Positions 47,849 to 59,100 of a DNA stretch of 64,000 nucleotides are shown one piece after another. Source of the DNA: a virus (Duplodnaviria; Heunggongvirae; Uroviricota; Caudoviricetes). The number at the start of each line of letters is the position of its first letter. The stretch's first letter is position 1. The stretch lies in the IMG/VR virus record IMGVR_UViG_3300011242_000001, positions 114,439 through 178,438 of that record; one strand, given 5' to 3'. The notes below the pieces were generated by a model. That model ran no database searches. It saw only the letters and a program-made list of their open reading frames with translations, and was not told the origin of the DNA. The position numbers and the translations under genes were made by a program.

Positions 47849-48343
47849 ATGTTAGACAAAGAAAAAATTGCCGATGCAACAAATAGACTTGATGAAATTG
47901 TTATTAAATCAACTTTTGATGAATCAACTCAAAATGCTTTAATTTATTTTACTGGTAATAAAGATAAATTAAAATATCTTTTAACCGCTTATAAAATATC
48001 GGACCGATATAATATATTAGTAGATCATTTAAAAAATCAATTTGGTGATAAGATTAATATACATATGTTAAGACCTCATATTATAAAACACGGCATTTGG
48101 GACATAACGCGGCTTACTTTTATTAATTGGGCAGTACCTATTATATTATCGCCAATTATTTTTTGTTCTCTTTTATATATAGTAGGTATACATTTTTTTA
48201 GCATATTATTATCTCTCCTGGCTACATTTTTATTATTTGTAATGATCGGTGCATTAGTAGAATGTGTAAATGATAGTAATGTTGTTTTTTACAGAAACAG
48301 TAAAGAATATCGATCATTACCAAAGCCTAAAAAAATGTTATAA
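47849..48343 (+). CDS. two-TM membrane protein, family member 5
   Basis: family motif; YRNSKEY tail. Confidence 0.75.
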   Translation: MLDKEKIADATNRLDEIVIKSTFDESTQNALIYFTGNKDKLKYLLTAYKISDRYNILVDHLKNQFGDKINIHMLRPHIIKHGIWDITRLTFINWAVPIILSPIIFCSLLYIVGIHFFSILLSLLATFLLFVMIGALVECVNDSNVVFYRNSKEYRSLPKPKKML

Positions 48344-48417
48344 ATTATGCAAATATAATAAAAATATGATACAATATAAATCATTATATTTGCAACTCTC
48401 ATTTGGATTACTAATAC

Positions 48418-48813
48418 ATGAGTATTAAATATGCCGTTTGCGGTATTTTACCAGTTACAAATGGTTTTTTCTTATCAGTATCTCGCAAAGATGACCCTAA
48501 TAAAATTGGATTTATTGGTGGTAAAATTGATGAAGGTGAAAACCCAGAGCAAGCACTAATCCGTGAAGCTTTGGAAGAAACAGGTTTACATATTGAAATT
48601 GATAATTCATATGAACCATTTATTGAAAAAGATTATACAAATGGCGATACTTATATGGTTTATTGTTATTTGGTAAAACTTATAGATAAAGAGCATGAAC
48701 CTATTTGTGAAACTGAAACAGGTATCATTCGAGTTGCATCACGACTTCAATTAATCAAAGCATCACCATACGCTTCTTATAATGAAAAAGCATTTGAATG
48801 GTTTGATCTATGA
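48418..48813 (+). CDS. Nudix hydrolase
   Basis: Nudix box GGKIDEGENPEQALIREALEETG. Confidence 0.92.
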   Translation: MSIKYAVCGILPVTNGFFLSVSRKDDPNKIGFIGGKIDEGENPEQALIREALEETGLHIEIDNSYEPFIEKDYTNGDTYMVYCYLVKLIDKEHEPICETETGIIRVASRLQLIKASPYASYNEKAFEWFDL

Positions 48814-49361
48814 ATAAAGTGACTGAATTCCGTAAAGAAGTTTATCGTATATTAGAACTTGCAAATGCAAAATATAATATATATGGACTTATAAAACATC
48901 AATGTATTTCACAAGAAGTGAACATTAGTTTTTATACTGCGGGTTCATCAGCCGGCTGGGCATCACATTTTTATGAACACGGCAAAATAAAAAGGCTATC
49001 ACTTAGATTTAATTCATATTTTATTGAAAGTAATTATAATTATATGGTATATGATACTATTCCACACGAAGTAGCTCATTTAGTATGTTACTTATTATAT
49101 CCACATCAAGAAATAGGTCATAATCATATATGGAATGAAATATGTATCAATCTTGGTGGTACAGGTAAGCGTTACCATACAATGAAGACACCAACTGGTA
49201 AAAAGAAAATTACTTACGAATATAATGTAAACGGTATAAATGTATATTTGCCAGAAAAAGATCATTTTAAAGCTCAAAAATCATTTATTAATTATCCAGT
49301 TAATGGTATAATGACCAGGGTTTTTAAAAATATGTTTACTGGTGCTATTATCAAAGGATAA
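48810..49361 (+). CDS. SprT-like zinc metalloprotease
   Basis: AGWA, LRFN, TIPHEVAH, GH...W. Confidence 0.85.
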   Translation: MNKVTEFRKEVYRILELANAKYNIYGLIKHQCISQEVNISFYTAGSSAGWASHFYEHGKIKRLSLRFNSYFIESNYNYMVYDTIPHEVAHLVCYLLYPHQEIGHNHIWNEICINLGGTGKRYHTMKTPTGKKKITYEYNVNGINVYLPEKDHFKAQKSFINYPVNGIMTRVFKNMFTGAIIKG

Positions 49362-49366
49362 TATAT

Positions 49367-49831
49367 ATGTCTGATCGTCGCTATAAAACTCTACTTTTAG
49401 TAGATTTATTTGAATGTTCACCCAAAGTTGTTGATACAGCTATTAAAGGTGTGTTCCCAGAATTTTTAAATAGAGAACGTTTTCATTTTACACAAGATAC
49501 AAATGATACAGCTTTTTCATATGAAAAAACTCTCAAATTATTAGCTGGTACCAATACAGTAATTATTATCGATGTTAAATATGATCCTCTATATCCAATG
49601 CTTTCATATAAAGCATGTACAGAAATTTCAGATTACTTATTAAGAAATCCTCATAATTTAGATATTCCATTAGTGATTCTAAATTATGAATCATCACCGG
49701 AACGTTGCTTATATATGTGTGACTACGCTATTACTGGTCATAGTAAAGTTAATTATCCAGTTCCAGATAACTGTATTGAAGTAATTAGAAGTCGTACAGG
49801 ATCAACTGGTCGGATGTTGAAATTGGATTAA
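49367..49831 (+). CDS. hypothetical protein
   Basis: AAGGA RBS; in operon. Confidence 0.7.
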   Translation: MSDRRYKTLLLVDLFECSPKVVDTAIKGVFPEFLNRERFHFTQDTNDTAFSYEKTLKLLAGTNTVIIIDVKYDPLYPMLSYKACTEISDYLLRNPHNLDIPLVILNYESSPERCLYMCDYAITGHSKVNYPVPDNCIEVIRSRTGSTGRMLKLD

Positions 49832-49836
49832 TAAAT

Positions 49837-50445
49837 ATGACTGAATATTGGGGAAACGGTGAAGATATGTATGTACCACCCCCTTTACCAAAAGAACCAC
49901 CACCTTTACCAAAAGAACCGCCGCCTATCGCCGACTTTACTGATGAATTTAATCGGTATAAAAAAGCAAGCTTACTTATTAAAAATCAGGTAGCCGACTC
50001 TTCTAAAAAATTTGATATTATTAACAATAATACAGTTGAAGCTTTAATGTATCTAACTGATAATATTGAAGAAATTAAATTTATGCGTCGCGATGATATT
50101 TTAAAAAATAGGCATGAAAAAATTTGTGATATGTTAGATATAACATTTGGCCAAATTAATTATATTGAAATAAATAAATTTCTTCAACGAAATGGTATCT
50201 ACACTAATAAATCGATGAAATGGACTATTACTATTATTCATTGGATTTTAGTATTTATTATTTATACATCAATATGTTATTTTAAAGACATTAGTGTTAT
50301 ATTAATGGTACATGGATTTATTGGTATAGTATTAATGGGATTCTTTACTAATATACTATTTCTTACGTTATTAGATAGTAAAATCCGTACTTATCGTTTA
50401 GATAAAAAATATCGTGCTATTATTGCATATAGAGGTCGACCATGA
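49837..50445 (+). CDS. two-TM membrane protein, family member 6, with Pro-rich N-terminal repeat
   Basis: family motif; PPPLPKE twice. Confidence 0.75.
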   Translation: MTEYWGNGEDMYVPPPLPKEPPPLPKEPPPIADFTDEFNRYKKASLLIKNQVADSSKKFDIINNNTVEALMYLTDNIEEIKFMRRDDILKNRHEKICDMLDITFGQINYIEINKFLQRNGIYTNKSMKWTITIIHWILVFIIYTSICYFKDISVILMVHGFIGIVLMGFFTNILFLTLLDSKIRTYRLDKKYRAIIAYRGRP

Positions 50446-50927
50446 AATATGAAAAATATGAATCGTTAATACAAAAGGTTGACGCAGAAATTAATAGTGC
50501 TAATACTACTGTTAATGAAATTGAAAATAATACACATCAAGCAATTATGTTTTTAAACGCTAAAATGGATTATCTTAAATTCAAATATGCAAAGTCTACT
50601 TTAAGTTTACGACATAAATCAATTATAGATTATCTGACAGAAAATTTTGGTAAACTAGATGAGGCAAAAATTAATAAAGTTCTTTATAAAAATTTTATTT
50701 TTAAAAAATCTCATATGATGTTTACTGCTCTTACGATAATGCTCATGTCCAATATTTTTGTTTTTAAATTGCTGTGGGATTGGTTATTATCATATCATTT
50801 AGGATTTGCAATTGCAGGTAGTGTAGTATATTTATTTATTGTACCAGCGTTATCTATTGCGTGTACAATAGATACATTAGATAGTGTAATGGGTTTACGC
50901 TTTTATAGATTGAGATCGCCAAAATGA
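50442..50927 (+). CDS. two-TM membrane protein, family member 7
   Basis: family motif. Confidence 0.75.
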   Translation: MKYEKYESLIQKVDAEINSANTTVNEIENNTHQAIMFLNAKMDYLKFKYAKSTLSLRHKSIIDYLTENFGKLDEAKINKVLYKNFIFKKSHMMFTALTIMLMSNIFVFKLLWDWLLSYHLGFAIAGSVVYLFIVPALSIACTIDTLDSVMGLRFYRLRSPK

Positions 50928-51403
50928 ATGATAAATTTAAAACTGTATTAACCGATATTGAAAAAGACATTCTTCTTATTAAAGAACGTCAAATGAAAGA
51001 CGACGAAGTTACTAAAAATGTATTAATGTTTTTATCCACAAAAATGGATTATTTGAAATATCAATATAAAGATTTGCCGATTAAAGAGCGTCGATATCAA
51101 GCAGAAAAATATTTAGATCGCACTTTTGGTAAATATGATCCTAAAAAAGTTGGTTTAAAATTAACTTTAAACGGTTTTTATGAATTTAAGCACGTTGCCT
51201 TTATTGCATTTATACTTTCAAATATTGTATCAATACCTCTTTCTATTCTTATGTTAGGTGATGTAGATACACTAGCTGGATGTTCAGCTTTGACAACATT
51301 ATATGTGATAATCTCATTCGTATTTACACTATTTATTATATCATTCTTGATATCTTCTTATATGCCAACATACCGCATTAAACCAGTTAATAAATGGAAA
51401 TAA
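50924..51403 (+). CDS. two-TM membrane protein, family member 8
   Basis: family motif. Confidence 0.75.
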   Translation: MNDKFKTVLTDIEKDILLIKERQMKDDEVTKNVLMFLSTKMDYLKYQYKDLPIKERRYQAEKYLDRTFGKYDPKKVGLKLTLNGFYEFKHVAFIAFILSNIVSIPLSILMLGDVDTLAGCSALTTLYVIISFVFTLFIISFLISSYMPTYRIKPVNKWK

Positions 51404-51404
51404 T

Positions 51405-51833
51405 ATGGGAAAAAGATTTGGTCGTAATCAGAAACGTAAATTAAAGTCTGAAATAAAACGATTAGAAGATAAAATGCGATATGTAGAATATTCACATCAA
51501 CCTATTTCATCTTCATATAGAACATATAGTTATGGTGAACTATTTGAAACGCATAGCTTAAAAGATAAAGATTTATTTTTTTTAAACCCAGTAATAAATC
51601 AGCAACAGCATCATTTATTAGATATATATTCTCGTATAATTGATGATGATCGATGTAAACAAATATTAGCAACATCTGTTTTAATTAATGGTGAAGAATT
51701 ACGACACTATATTGATACTGATTTGTTTAAAAATCTATTACGTGACGGCTATCCAATGGATCACTTATATAAACATTTATATGAAGAATTTAAGATGGCC
51801 GTGGAAAAAGCAGTTAAAACTATTCGGTTTTAA
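51405..51833 (+). CDS. hypothetical protein with basic N-terminus (MGKRFGRNQKRK)
   Basis: last ORF of the operon, before a terminator. Confidence 0.75.
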   Translation: MGKRFGRNQKRKLKSEIKRLEDKMRYVEYSHQPISSSYRTYSYGELFETHSLKDKDLFFLNPVINQQQHHLLDIYSRIIDDDRCKQILATSVLINGEELRHYIDTDLFKNLLRDGYPMDHLYKHLYEEFKMAVEKAVKTIRF

Positions 51834-51847
51834 TATACCGTGTATAT

Positions 51848-51872
51848 AAAAAGATGCAAATTGCATCTTTTT
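51848..51872. terminator. intrinsic terminator
   Basis: AAAAAGATGCAAATTGCATCTTTTT. Confidence 0.8.
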
Positions 51873-51946
51873 TAATTTTTGTATGTACAAATCATTTTTA
51901 TCGTATATAATAAATAACTTATATTACTTAACAAGGAAAAATAAAA

Positions 51947-52132
51947 ATGACTTCAGATAATTCAAAACTTATGGAATATGCAGATATATTGGCGGCTTTT
52001 ATTAAGGGTCAAACTGTGGTTATCCATACAAGTAATGGTACTATACTTTTAAATAAAAAATGTAATACCACCGTTGATGATTTACAAGCTTATTATAAAC
52101 AAGCTTATGAAGCTCGTGTAATTACAGTATAA
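51947..52132 (+). CDS. small hypothetical protein
   Basis: AAGGA RBS; TGTACA-N16-TATAAT at 51884..51911. Confidence 0.7.
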   Translation: MTSDNSKLMEYADILAAFIKGQTVVIHTSNGTILLNKKCNTTVDDLQAYYKQAYEARVITV

Positions 52133-52730
52133 TATACTTTTGGGTACCATCACCTTGTATATTATCTAAAAATTTAATGAGCCCGCTTATTTCATGCATT
52201 CTATGAATAGACATACAATTACCCAGGTCAAACCAAAAAATTGCATTTGATTTAATTGACTTGCCACGTAAAGAATCAGGATAATCAAGTGAAAAGGATT
52301 TCATTTCTGTCAATATATCTTGTCTGTCATTATTAGTTAATTGTTTAACAATTCCAAATAGTTTAGAAATAATTTTATCTTGCGTTGCACTATCAATATA
52401 ATTATAATAACGATTCATTGTAAAATACTTAAATTCCAATGATGTTTTGTTTTTAGTTTTTCCTAAACATAATAATTTATTATTAAATTCTTTTATCACG
52501 TCTAATTTAGAACTAATATAAATATCTTTTGACGGATCAAACAAACGAGCGCACGCGATAGTGCTACCACTTTGTCTAATTCCACCTGCAATAATTGTTC
52601 GTGCTTCCTGTAAAGTTTGTTCTTTATTAAGAGATTCTTTATACTTTTCTAATAATTTATCTGAATAACCAATTTGAGATAATATGAATTTTTCAATTGG
52701 GCTAGGTAAATAGGTATTAATATCTTGCAT
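52122..52730 (-). CDS. hypothetical protein
   Basis: GGAG RBS; 202 aa ORF. Confidence 0.7.
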   Translation of the reverse strand: MQDINTYLPSPIEKFILSQIGYSDKLLEKYKESLNKEQTLQEARTIIAGGIRQSGSTIACARLFDPSKDIYISSKLDVIKEFNNKLLCLGKTKNKTSLEFKYFTMNRYYNYIDSATQDKIISKLFGIVKQLTNNDRQDILTEMKSFSLDYPDSLRGKSIKSNAIFWFDLGNCMSIHRMHEISGLIKFLDNIQGDGTQKYIIL

Positions 52731-52754
52731 TTTTATTACTCCATTAGCCTTTAT

Positions 52755-55700
52755 TTAAGGTAAAATACGTAAATCTGAATATGATGACCATGATCCGTCA
52801 CCAGTATTAGTATATGCGTTACGAGCACTGATATCAGTTATTCTAAGTCTTGTAACTTTATACATATTTGTATTTGATATAGTAAAGCTATTTATATATT
52901 GACTTGTCCTTATATTTATATATTTTAATGATGTTGTTGTTAATTCAAATCGACCTTCTATAGATGGATTTGAATCAGTTTTAGCTGCGGTTGTTAATGA
53001 TGAAGTTGTTGTACCATATTGTACCATTGCACCTAATCCGCTCGAGTCTACACCATATTGTAAATATGCATAAATATTACCGTCATCGTCTTCAAAATAC
53101 ATTTTGCAGTTATTATAGCAACCATTATATAACCAGTTATATAATCTAAAATATAAAGACACTCCAAAAAGGTTCATTCTATATGTTAATGTTTGTGGCG
53201 TTGTTACTGTAAAATTGCCTGTTGCTCTCACATTGATAAAATCAATTTGATTTTGAGGTTCTATATATGAGTGATACTCATTCCATGTATTATAGAATAT
53301 ACCGGTCGACCTGCCAGGTTGTATACCATAATAGAAGTTTGTTGTAAAACATATATAGTTATTATATAGTAATCCATAAACATTTGTGTGATATGATTTA
53401 TTATAAAATGCGACGACTTCATTATTAATAATTCGTTCAATATAAACATAGTATTTTTTATTTTGTGTTGGTCTACTTATAGTATATGTATTTGTATTAT
53501 TAACTGTAAAATATATATTTTTATTAAGCTCTGTTGGATTTTTTTTATCAGTTATATATATTCTATATGTTGAATCATCCGTATTGTCAGACTCCCATGT
53601 AATAGTAGTATCCATTCTGTCATATACAATATTTACAGTTTGAAAATGATATCCACTTTCGTTTGTATATATATTAACCCATTCACTAAATATTAAGTCT
53701 GTACCACCATATAATTTAGCAATATAACAATAAGAAGTATTATTTTCTATATTAATATCATCTATTATAATATTGGTATTCCATGCACCTTGCGAAACAA
53801 TGGTTCCTGCATTGTGGTGCGAAATTCTATCTATTCTATAGATGATATAGTTTGTAAAGCTACCTTCACTTTGTAAAGTAATTATATTTTTTATACCATT
53901 ATAAGTTACATTAAAATTATTAATATTGCCTATTTTATATGGCTGATCTTTATAATTATATTCATATGTATTTTGTCCAAAATATCGCCATATATTAGAT
54001 ATTCTTATATTTTTATATAATGCATGTATTAGCTCACCTCCACCATTTGGATAAGTATTTACATATTTTGCAAATCGTAAACCGGTCATCATAGTTAATA
54101 TTGATGGCGTTTTATATCTACCAATTATCTTTTTATTTTTATAGCTATAAAAATCTGTTTTATTTCTAGTTATACATATAGTAATTGGCTTTGATAATTC
54201 TTCTTCGGATAATTCAGATGCGCCAATATTATACCATGCTCCATTATAGTATAATTGTACCAATAGCATATTTATAGTATTCAATGCTATTTTTAAGTGG
54301 CCCGCCGCACCAAATTTACCTATTGTAAAAATAGTTCTCCATGTATTTTGCAGACCCGACTGCAATACAAAATCAAATTCAATAGTAAAATCACTATTTC
54401 CAATATATGTATCATATAAACCGAATAAGCTGCTGCTGCCATTTGCATATATATAGTTATCATCTGTTGGTAATGATATATTTGTAACACTACCGACTGG
54501 TATTATTATTCTTTTATTTTTCGACATATCATAAATGACATTACTATATATAGATGAGTTAGCAAAGTCTATAGCTAATTCAACGTTGTCATATAAATAG
54601 TCTGTTTCTATAAGCATTTTATTTGGTACAGTATAATTAATACCGCTATATCTTGAATTACCAATTGTAGCTTTTATATTTGTATAATATCCTTGTATAT
54701 TATTAATACGAGCAATATCGGTAAAGAAATATAAATTGCTTCCTAATATTGATATATCAGTCATATTATCTAAGTAAGCAACAACAATACCATCAACGTG
54801 TATATAAAATATACCATTCATGCGTGACACTGTTATATCGTGTATCTTATTTTGTATAATAGTACCATTAGGTATAGTTATAGTAATTGGCGTTATACCA
54901 TTATAGAATACTAATCCATACGTACCGGCACTATATCTAAACCATATACCAGTTTCTTTTGAATTAGTATCAGTCTGAGCTGTTCCAATAGTAAATATTC
55001 GGCTTTGCTCAGCCGCCGTTTCAGTTAATATACATCTAATTTCGATACAAAAATCCTGTATACCAATATTATCAATGTGGACAGAAAAACCCCCATTTAC
55101 AGTATTATTTGCAGTCGTATTTGTGCCAGTAATTTTACAGAAATTTTTAAATTTAGTATAGTCTATAATAATAGCCTTTTCACTAGTATGTGGAAAATTA
55201 CCTTTTTCATCATATATATATGATAAGTTATTATTATTATATATTTTTGGTGATACAACCGATCTAAGATTATCTAAATCAACATCATATTTGTGTTTAT
55301 CTAATATTATACTGCCTTTATTATATGGGCCATAATTATCTTTATTATAATATACATCATATTTATATATACCATTAATTATATCATCTGATATATCATA
55401 TGAATTATTATCTATTTGATTGGCTATTAATATTGCATTATCTGTATTATATTCTGTTCTTGTAATATTAACTACATCAGTATTATTAAATATTAATGCA
55501 TTATTTTGGGCGAGTAAATATTGCTTTGGCGATATTCGTGTGGATACTATTCGCTCATTAATATCATATCCTTCTAATTGATATACATTAGTATTATATA
55601 TTTTAAAATTATCAATTACACCAATAATACCAGCAGTTCCATTACCACCAATTGAAATAAATGCTTCTGCTGCATTAACGTTAATATTCTCAACTTTTGT

Positions 55701-57491
55701 CTCTAATACACCATTTATATAGACATAAAAGTATATACTGTTGCGCATAATACAAATATTATAATCAATATTTGGTAATATATATGTATTTGTTGAAAAA
55801 TATATGCCTTCAATTGTTCCAACAATATTTCTAGTGGCGCCAGTACCAGAAATATATACATTCATATCTAATGAATATTGACCAATTTGAAATATAGTAG
55901 CATTGGCGGCGGTTGAATTATCAATATTAATTGTAAATTCAACTGTAAAATTATCATGTAAATATTCCATATAACCATACATACGATCACTTGCGGTCCT
56001 CATATATATAGGATTAACATAATTATAACTATTATAATATAAATTGTTTGTGACCAATCCATATTGTGATACGGTTGTATTTGTATTATTTACATTTGAT
56101 ACAATTCCATTTTTATTAAATTTTAGTATCGCAATTGTATTGGTATCATTAATAAGATCAATATTTGGAGTAAATCCATTTATATTATATGAAAGATTAT
56201 TTGCAATTTTTATTGATTCAAAATATGCATTACATGAACTTATCTTTGTTGATGTTGTACCAATATATATTGATTTGTTTGTTATAGCAAAATCAGGATC
56301 AATTATTACTTGATTACTTAATTCACCATTAATATATAAATTTATATAATTTGAATCACGCATCACACAAACGTGGTTATATTGATTGTATAGCAACGGG
56401 ATATTATTATTGATATTCGATGTCGTTTCGTATATTAGATTATGGGTTTTACCGGCAGATGATTCAGTATATTTACCGTGTATTCTGCTATCAAATACGG
56501 TAAACCAGTTTAATCCATCTAATGATACTTCTGTTTTAGTAGCATTGTATATTCGACTATCTGCGTAATAGTGCCATACTTTTATAGTTTCAATTTTATA
56601 TTCGCCACCAAGGTCTACTTTAACCCATTGTTCTAATGACCCGACACTATAATATGGTGAGCTTGCTGTTGCATTATTTGTAACAAGTGAATCCCATGTA
56701 TCCATACTAGATATACCTGATTTACCATATGCAACATTAACGCCATATTGATCAAATGCCTGTATTTCAACCCAATGATTACCACTATTTACATTACTAC
56801 CGTTTAGCCAGTCTCTAATATATCGAACTCGAGTTGGTATATTTACAGATAGTCCCGGTATAATATTATTATTTTCAGTCTTAGTATTTATTGATATATT
56901 ACCACCAGAATCTGCCATTCGTAATAGTGTTGTATTAGTTGTATTATCAATGGGTGAGCATGCTGTATACATTTCAATACTAAATTTATTGTTATTAAAT
57001 GCGTCACTTACATTTATTTTTAACCCACCATTTTCTGTATTATTAGTTGTTGTATTTGTACCGCTTGCAAAATATATGCCTGTACTATTATTATTTCTAT
57101 TATATAATGTTCTAGTATAGCCGGCTAAAATAATATCATATCCATTGATAGTTTTATATTTTTTTGAAAATGCTAAATTATCTATCGTATCTTCATTTAT
57201 AAAAGGATTATATTTTAAATTATCAATATATAGATCATCATTTGAAGTATTAATCTTTTTATTAATTGTTGCGATATAAGTACCGAACTCATTTTTATAC
57301 CTTACTACATAGTAATAAGTTTTATTTTTTAATATATCACTATCAATATACATATTGTCAGTATAATCTTTTAATAATGGTACAGGTAAATTATTTATAG
57401 AAATAGGCAACGTTGATTTATATAAATCAATATAATATATGGATGTATCTTCTTCATCCATCTTATCAAAATTTAAAATTATATTATTCAT
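52755..57491 (-). CDS. large fibre/receptor-binding-like protein with about three LamG (ConA-like) domains and a discoidin-like insert
   Basis: repeated F(T/S/C)(I/V)E...(H/N)(V/I)C.MR....YINGV/EL motifs; WVKVDLG...IKVWHYY..SLDG..W. Confidence 0.7.
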   Translation of the reverse strand: MNNIILNFDKMDEEDTSIYYIDLYKSTLPISINNLPVPLLKDYTDNMYIDSDILKNKTYYYVVRYKNEFGTYIATINKKINTSNDDLYIDNLKYNPFINEDTIDNLAFSKKYKTINGYDIILAGYTRTLYNRNNNSTGIYFASGTNTTTNNTENGGLKINVSDAFNNNKFSIEMYTACSPIDNTTNTTLLRMADSGGNISINTKTENNNIIPGLSVNIPTRVRYIRDWLNGSNVNSGNHWVEIQAFDQYGVNVAYGKSGISSMDTWDSLVTNNATASSPYYSVGSLEQWVKVDLGGEYKIETIKVWHYYADSRIYNATKTEVSLDGLNWFTVFDSRIHGKYTESSAGKTHNLIYETTSNINNNIPLLYNQYNHVCVMRDSNYINLYINGELSNQVIIDPDFAITNKSIYIGTTSTKISSCNAYFESIKIANNLSYNINGFTPNIDLINDTNTIAILKFNKNGIVSNVNNTNTTVSQYGLVTNNLYYNSYNYVNPIYMRTASDRMYGYMEYLHDNFTVEFTINIDNSTAANATIFQIGQYSLDMNVYISGTGATRNIVGTIEGIYFSTNTYILPNIDYNICIMRNSIYFYVYINGVLETKVENINVNAAEAFISIGGNGTAGIIGVIDNFKIYNTNVYQLEGYDINERIVSTRISPKQYLLAQNNALIFNNTDVVNITRTEYNTDNAILIANQIDNNSYDISDDIINGIYKYDVYYNKDNYGPYNKGSIILDKHKYDVDLDNLRSVVSPKIYNNNNLSYIYDEKGNFPHTSEKAIIIDYTKFKNFCKITGTNTTANNTVNGGFSVHIDNIGIQDFCIEIRCILTETAAEQSRIFTIGTAQTDTNSKETGIWFRYSAGTYGLVFYNGITPITITIPNGTIIQNKIHDITVSRMNGIFYIHVDGIVVAYLDNMTDISILGSNLYFFTDIARINNIQGYYTNIKATIGNSRYSGINYTVPNKMLIETDYLYDNVELAIDFANSSIYSNVIYDMSKNKRIIIPVGSVTNISLPTDDNYIYANGSSSLFGLYDTYIGNSDFTIEFDFVLQSGLQNTWRTIFTIGKFGAAGHLKIALNTINMLLVQLYYNGAWYNIGASELSEEELSKPITICITRNKTDFYSYKNKKIIGRYKTPSILTMMTGLRFAKYVNTYPNGGGELIHALYKNIRISNIWRYFGQNTYEYNYKDQPYKIGNINNFNVTYNGIKNIITLQSEGSFTNYIIYRIDRISHHNAGTIVSQGAWNTNIIIDDINIENNTSYCYIAKLYGGTDLIFSEWVNIYTNESGYHFQTVNIVYDRMDTTITWESDNTDDSTYRIYITDKKNPTELNKNIYFTVNNTNTYTISRPTQNKKYYVYIERIINNEVVAFYNKSYHTNVYGLLYNNYICFTTNFYYGIQPGRSTGIFYNTWNEYHSYIEPQNQIDFINVRATGNFTVTTPQTLTYRMNLFGVSLYFRLYNWLYNGCYNNCKMYFEDDDGNIYAYLQYGVDSSGLGAMVQYGTTTSSLTTAAKTDSNPSIEGRFELTTTSLKYINIRTSQYINSFTISNTNMYKVTRLRITDISARNAYTNTGDGSWSSYSDLRILP

Positions 57492-59100
57492 TGTATCTTG
57501 CCTTAAAATTAATAGCGAATTTATTGTTGTATGTTATTAGCTTACTATATTGAACTGTATTGCTATATGTGACTGCAATAATATAGTATTTATATAATAG
57601 TCTGTCTGCTATAGTAATACTAGAACCAGTAATATATTCACTATATATGGTTACTTTATTTTTAACAATATCATCTATATTAAATATTTCATTCGAATAG
57701 TATAATATAGTGGATTCTATATTTGTATTTACTGTTAATTCATATTCCCATATTATAATTGGTCTTCTGTATTGTTGATATATAATTTGTTCATTTATTA
57801 TAGCAGGTGCACTTATTAACAAATTTGATTCATATTGCTGAGGGCGTCTACTAGATTGTACAATCCATTCAAACTTTTTAGATGTATCTATAAGAATAAT
57901 GTCATATTTTTCATTTATATTTAAATTTGGTATGCTATATGACCAGTTAGCATCAATAAAATAATCGTTTCCTATTCTTGTACCATCCTGTCTATAACAC
58001 CTTATTTTTAAGCTATCTCTATTAAAAGTACATGCTATTGTACTAATATTACCTTCAATTTTTCCACGAACCATATCGGTGTATGAATTTACAACTAAAT
58101 TATATGTTGGATAATTAGGTGTTGTTAGTATGTATGTATTATTATAATTATTATTAATTATATAGTTATCTTTATTATTATATGTTACTTTGATTAAATC
58201 ATTCGTATTAATATTTTTAATATTGATAATTATATCAATATTATCAAGCCCCTCTATAAAAAATGAATATTTTGTATCAATATTTTTTAAGGGTAATATA
58301 TTCAATTGTGTCATATTTGATATAGTCTGTAATGTTACAGCTTTATAATCTGGATTTGCAATAATATTTTTATAAAGTTTTTTTGGCGTAATAGACAATA
58401 TATCATTTCTTGAATCTATATTTAAAATTGACGTATCTAGTGTAATAGTATAATATGTATATGATCTAATATAGGTAGTGGTGGTTGGTACTGTTATTGT
58501 ATTATATACCCACGATATCGAACCACGATCATACATTTTATAACCAAACCAAACTGGATTTGTTCCCCATACCTCATTAGCTTTATATGCATAATCCAGC
58601 ATAATATATCCATTTTTAGCAATTGTAAATGTTATGCTATAACTATATGAGTTACCGAGGTTACGACAAGCGAAATAAAATATCATAAAATCTGCATTAT
58701 ATCTAATAGTTAAATTATTAAAGTATTGGTCAGTATCGCGTTTAAAAATCATCATATAGTCTGGCTCATTACCAGTAGCTAGATACATACGTCCAAGATT
58801 TGCGCCAGAGTTCCTTTTTGGTAATGTCGGTATTAGGTCAAAACCGACCATACCTTCAGCTGTATAACTGACTAGAATATTCCAATTTCTTTTGTTTATT
58901 GTGGTTGATCTGGCACCGTCATCATATCCGCCAGTATCAGCAAATTGATCATATCCGGTTGATGTAAATAATTTTGTTGTATTTTCATTAAAAATTTCGA
59001 GTGGGGTTTTTGTTGTAGTCGAATCCGTATAATCAAACGAATTTGTAAAAATGCGATCAACAGTTTTAGACGATTCAAACGGGGATATATATTCACTCAT
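57484..59100 (-). CDS. putative fibre-associated structural protein; paralogue of the ORF starting at 63268
   Basis: MVRG.I...C....KI.CY..DG.RIGN...IPNLN.N..Y shared. Confidence 0.65.
   Translation of the reverse strand: MSEYISPFESSKTVDRIFTNSFDYTDSTTTKTPLEIFNENTTKLFTSTGYDQFADTGGYDDGARSTTINKRNWNILVSYTAEGMVGFDLIPTLPKRNSGANLGRMYLATGNEPDYMMIFKRDTDQYFNNLTIRYNADFMIFYFACRNLGNSYSYSITFTIAKNGYIMLDYAYKANEVWGTNPVWFGYKMYDRGSISWVYNTITVPTTTTYIRSYTYYTITLDTSILNIDSRNDILSITPKKLYKNIIANPDYKAVTLQTISNMTQLNILPLKNIDTKYSFFIEGLDNIDIIINIKNINTNDLIKVTYNNKDNYIINNNYNNTYILTTPNYPTYNLVVNSYTDMVRGKIEGNISTIACTFNRDSLKIRCYRQDGTRIGNDYFIDANWSYSIPNLNINEKYDIILIDTSKKFEWIVQSSRRPQQYESNLLISAPAIINEQIIYQQYRRPIIIWEYELTVNTNIESTILYYSNEIFNIDDIVKNKVTIYSEYITGSSITIADRLLYKYYIIAVTYSNTVQYSKLITYNNKFAINFKARYNE

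Noticed and set aside
52122..52730. P-loop NTPase call from GGIRQSGST
   Set aside because: Lacks the Walker A lysine and other motifs; left as hypothetical
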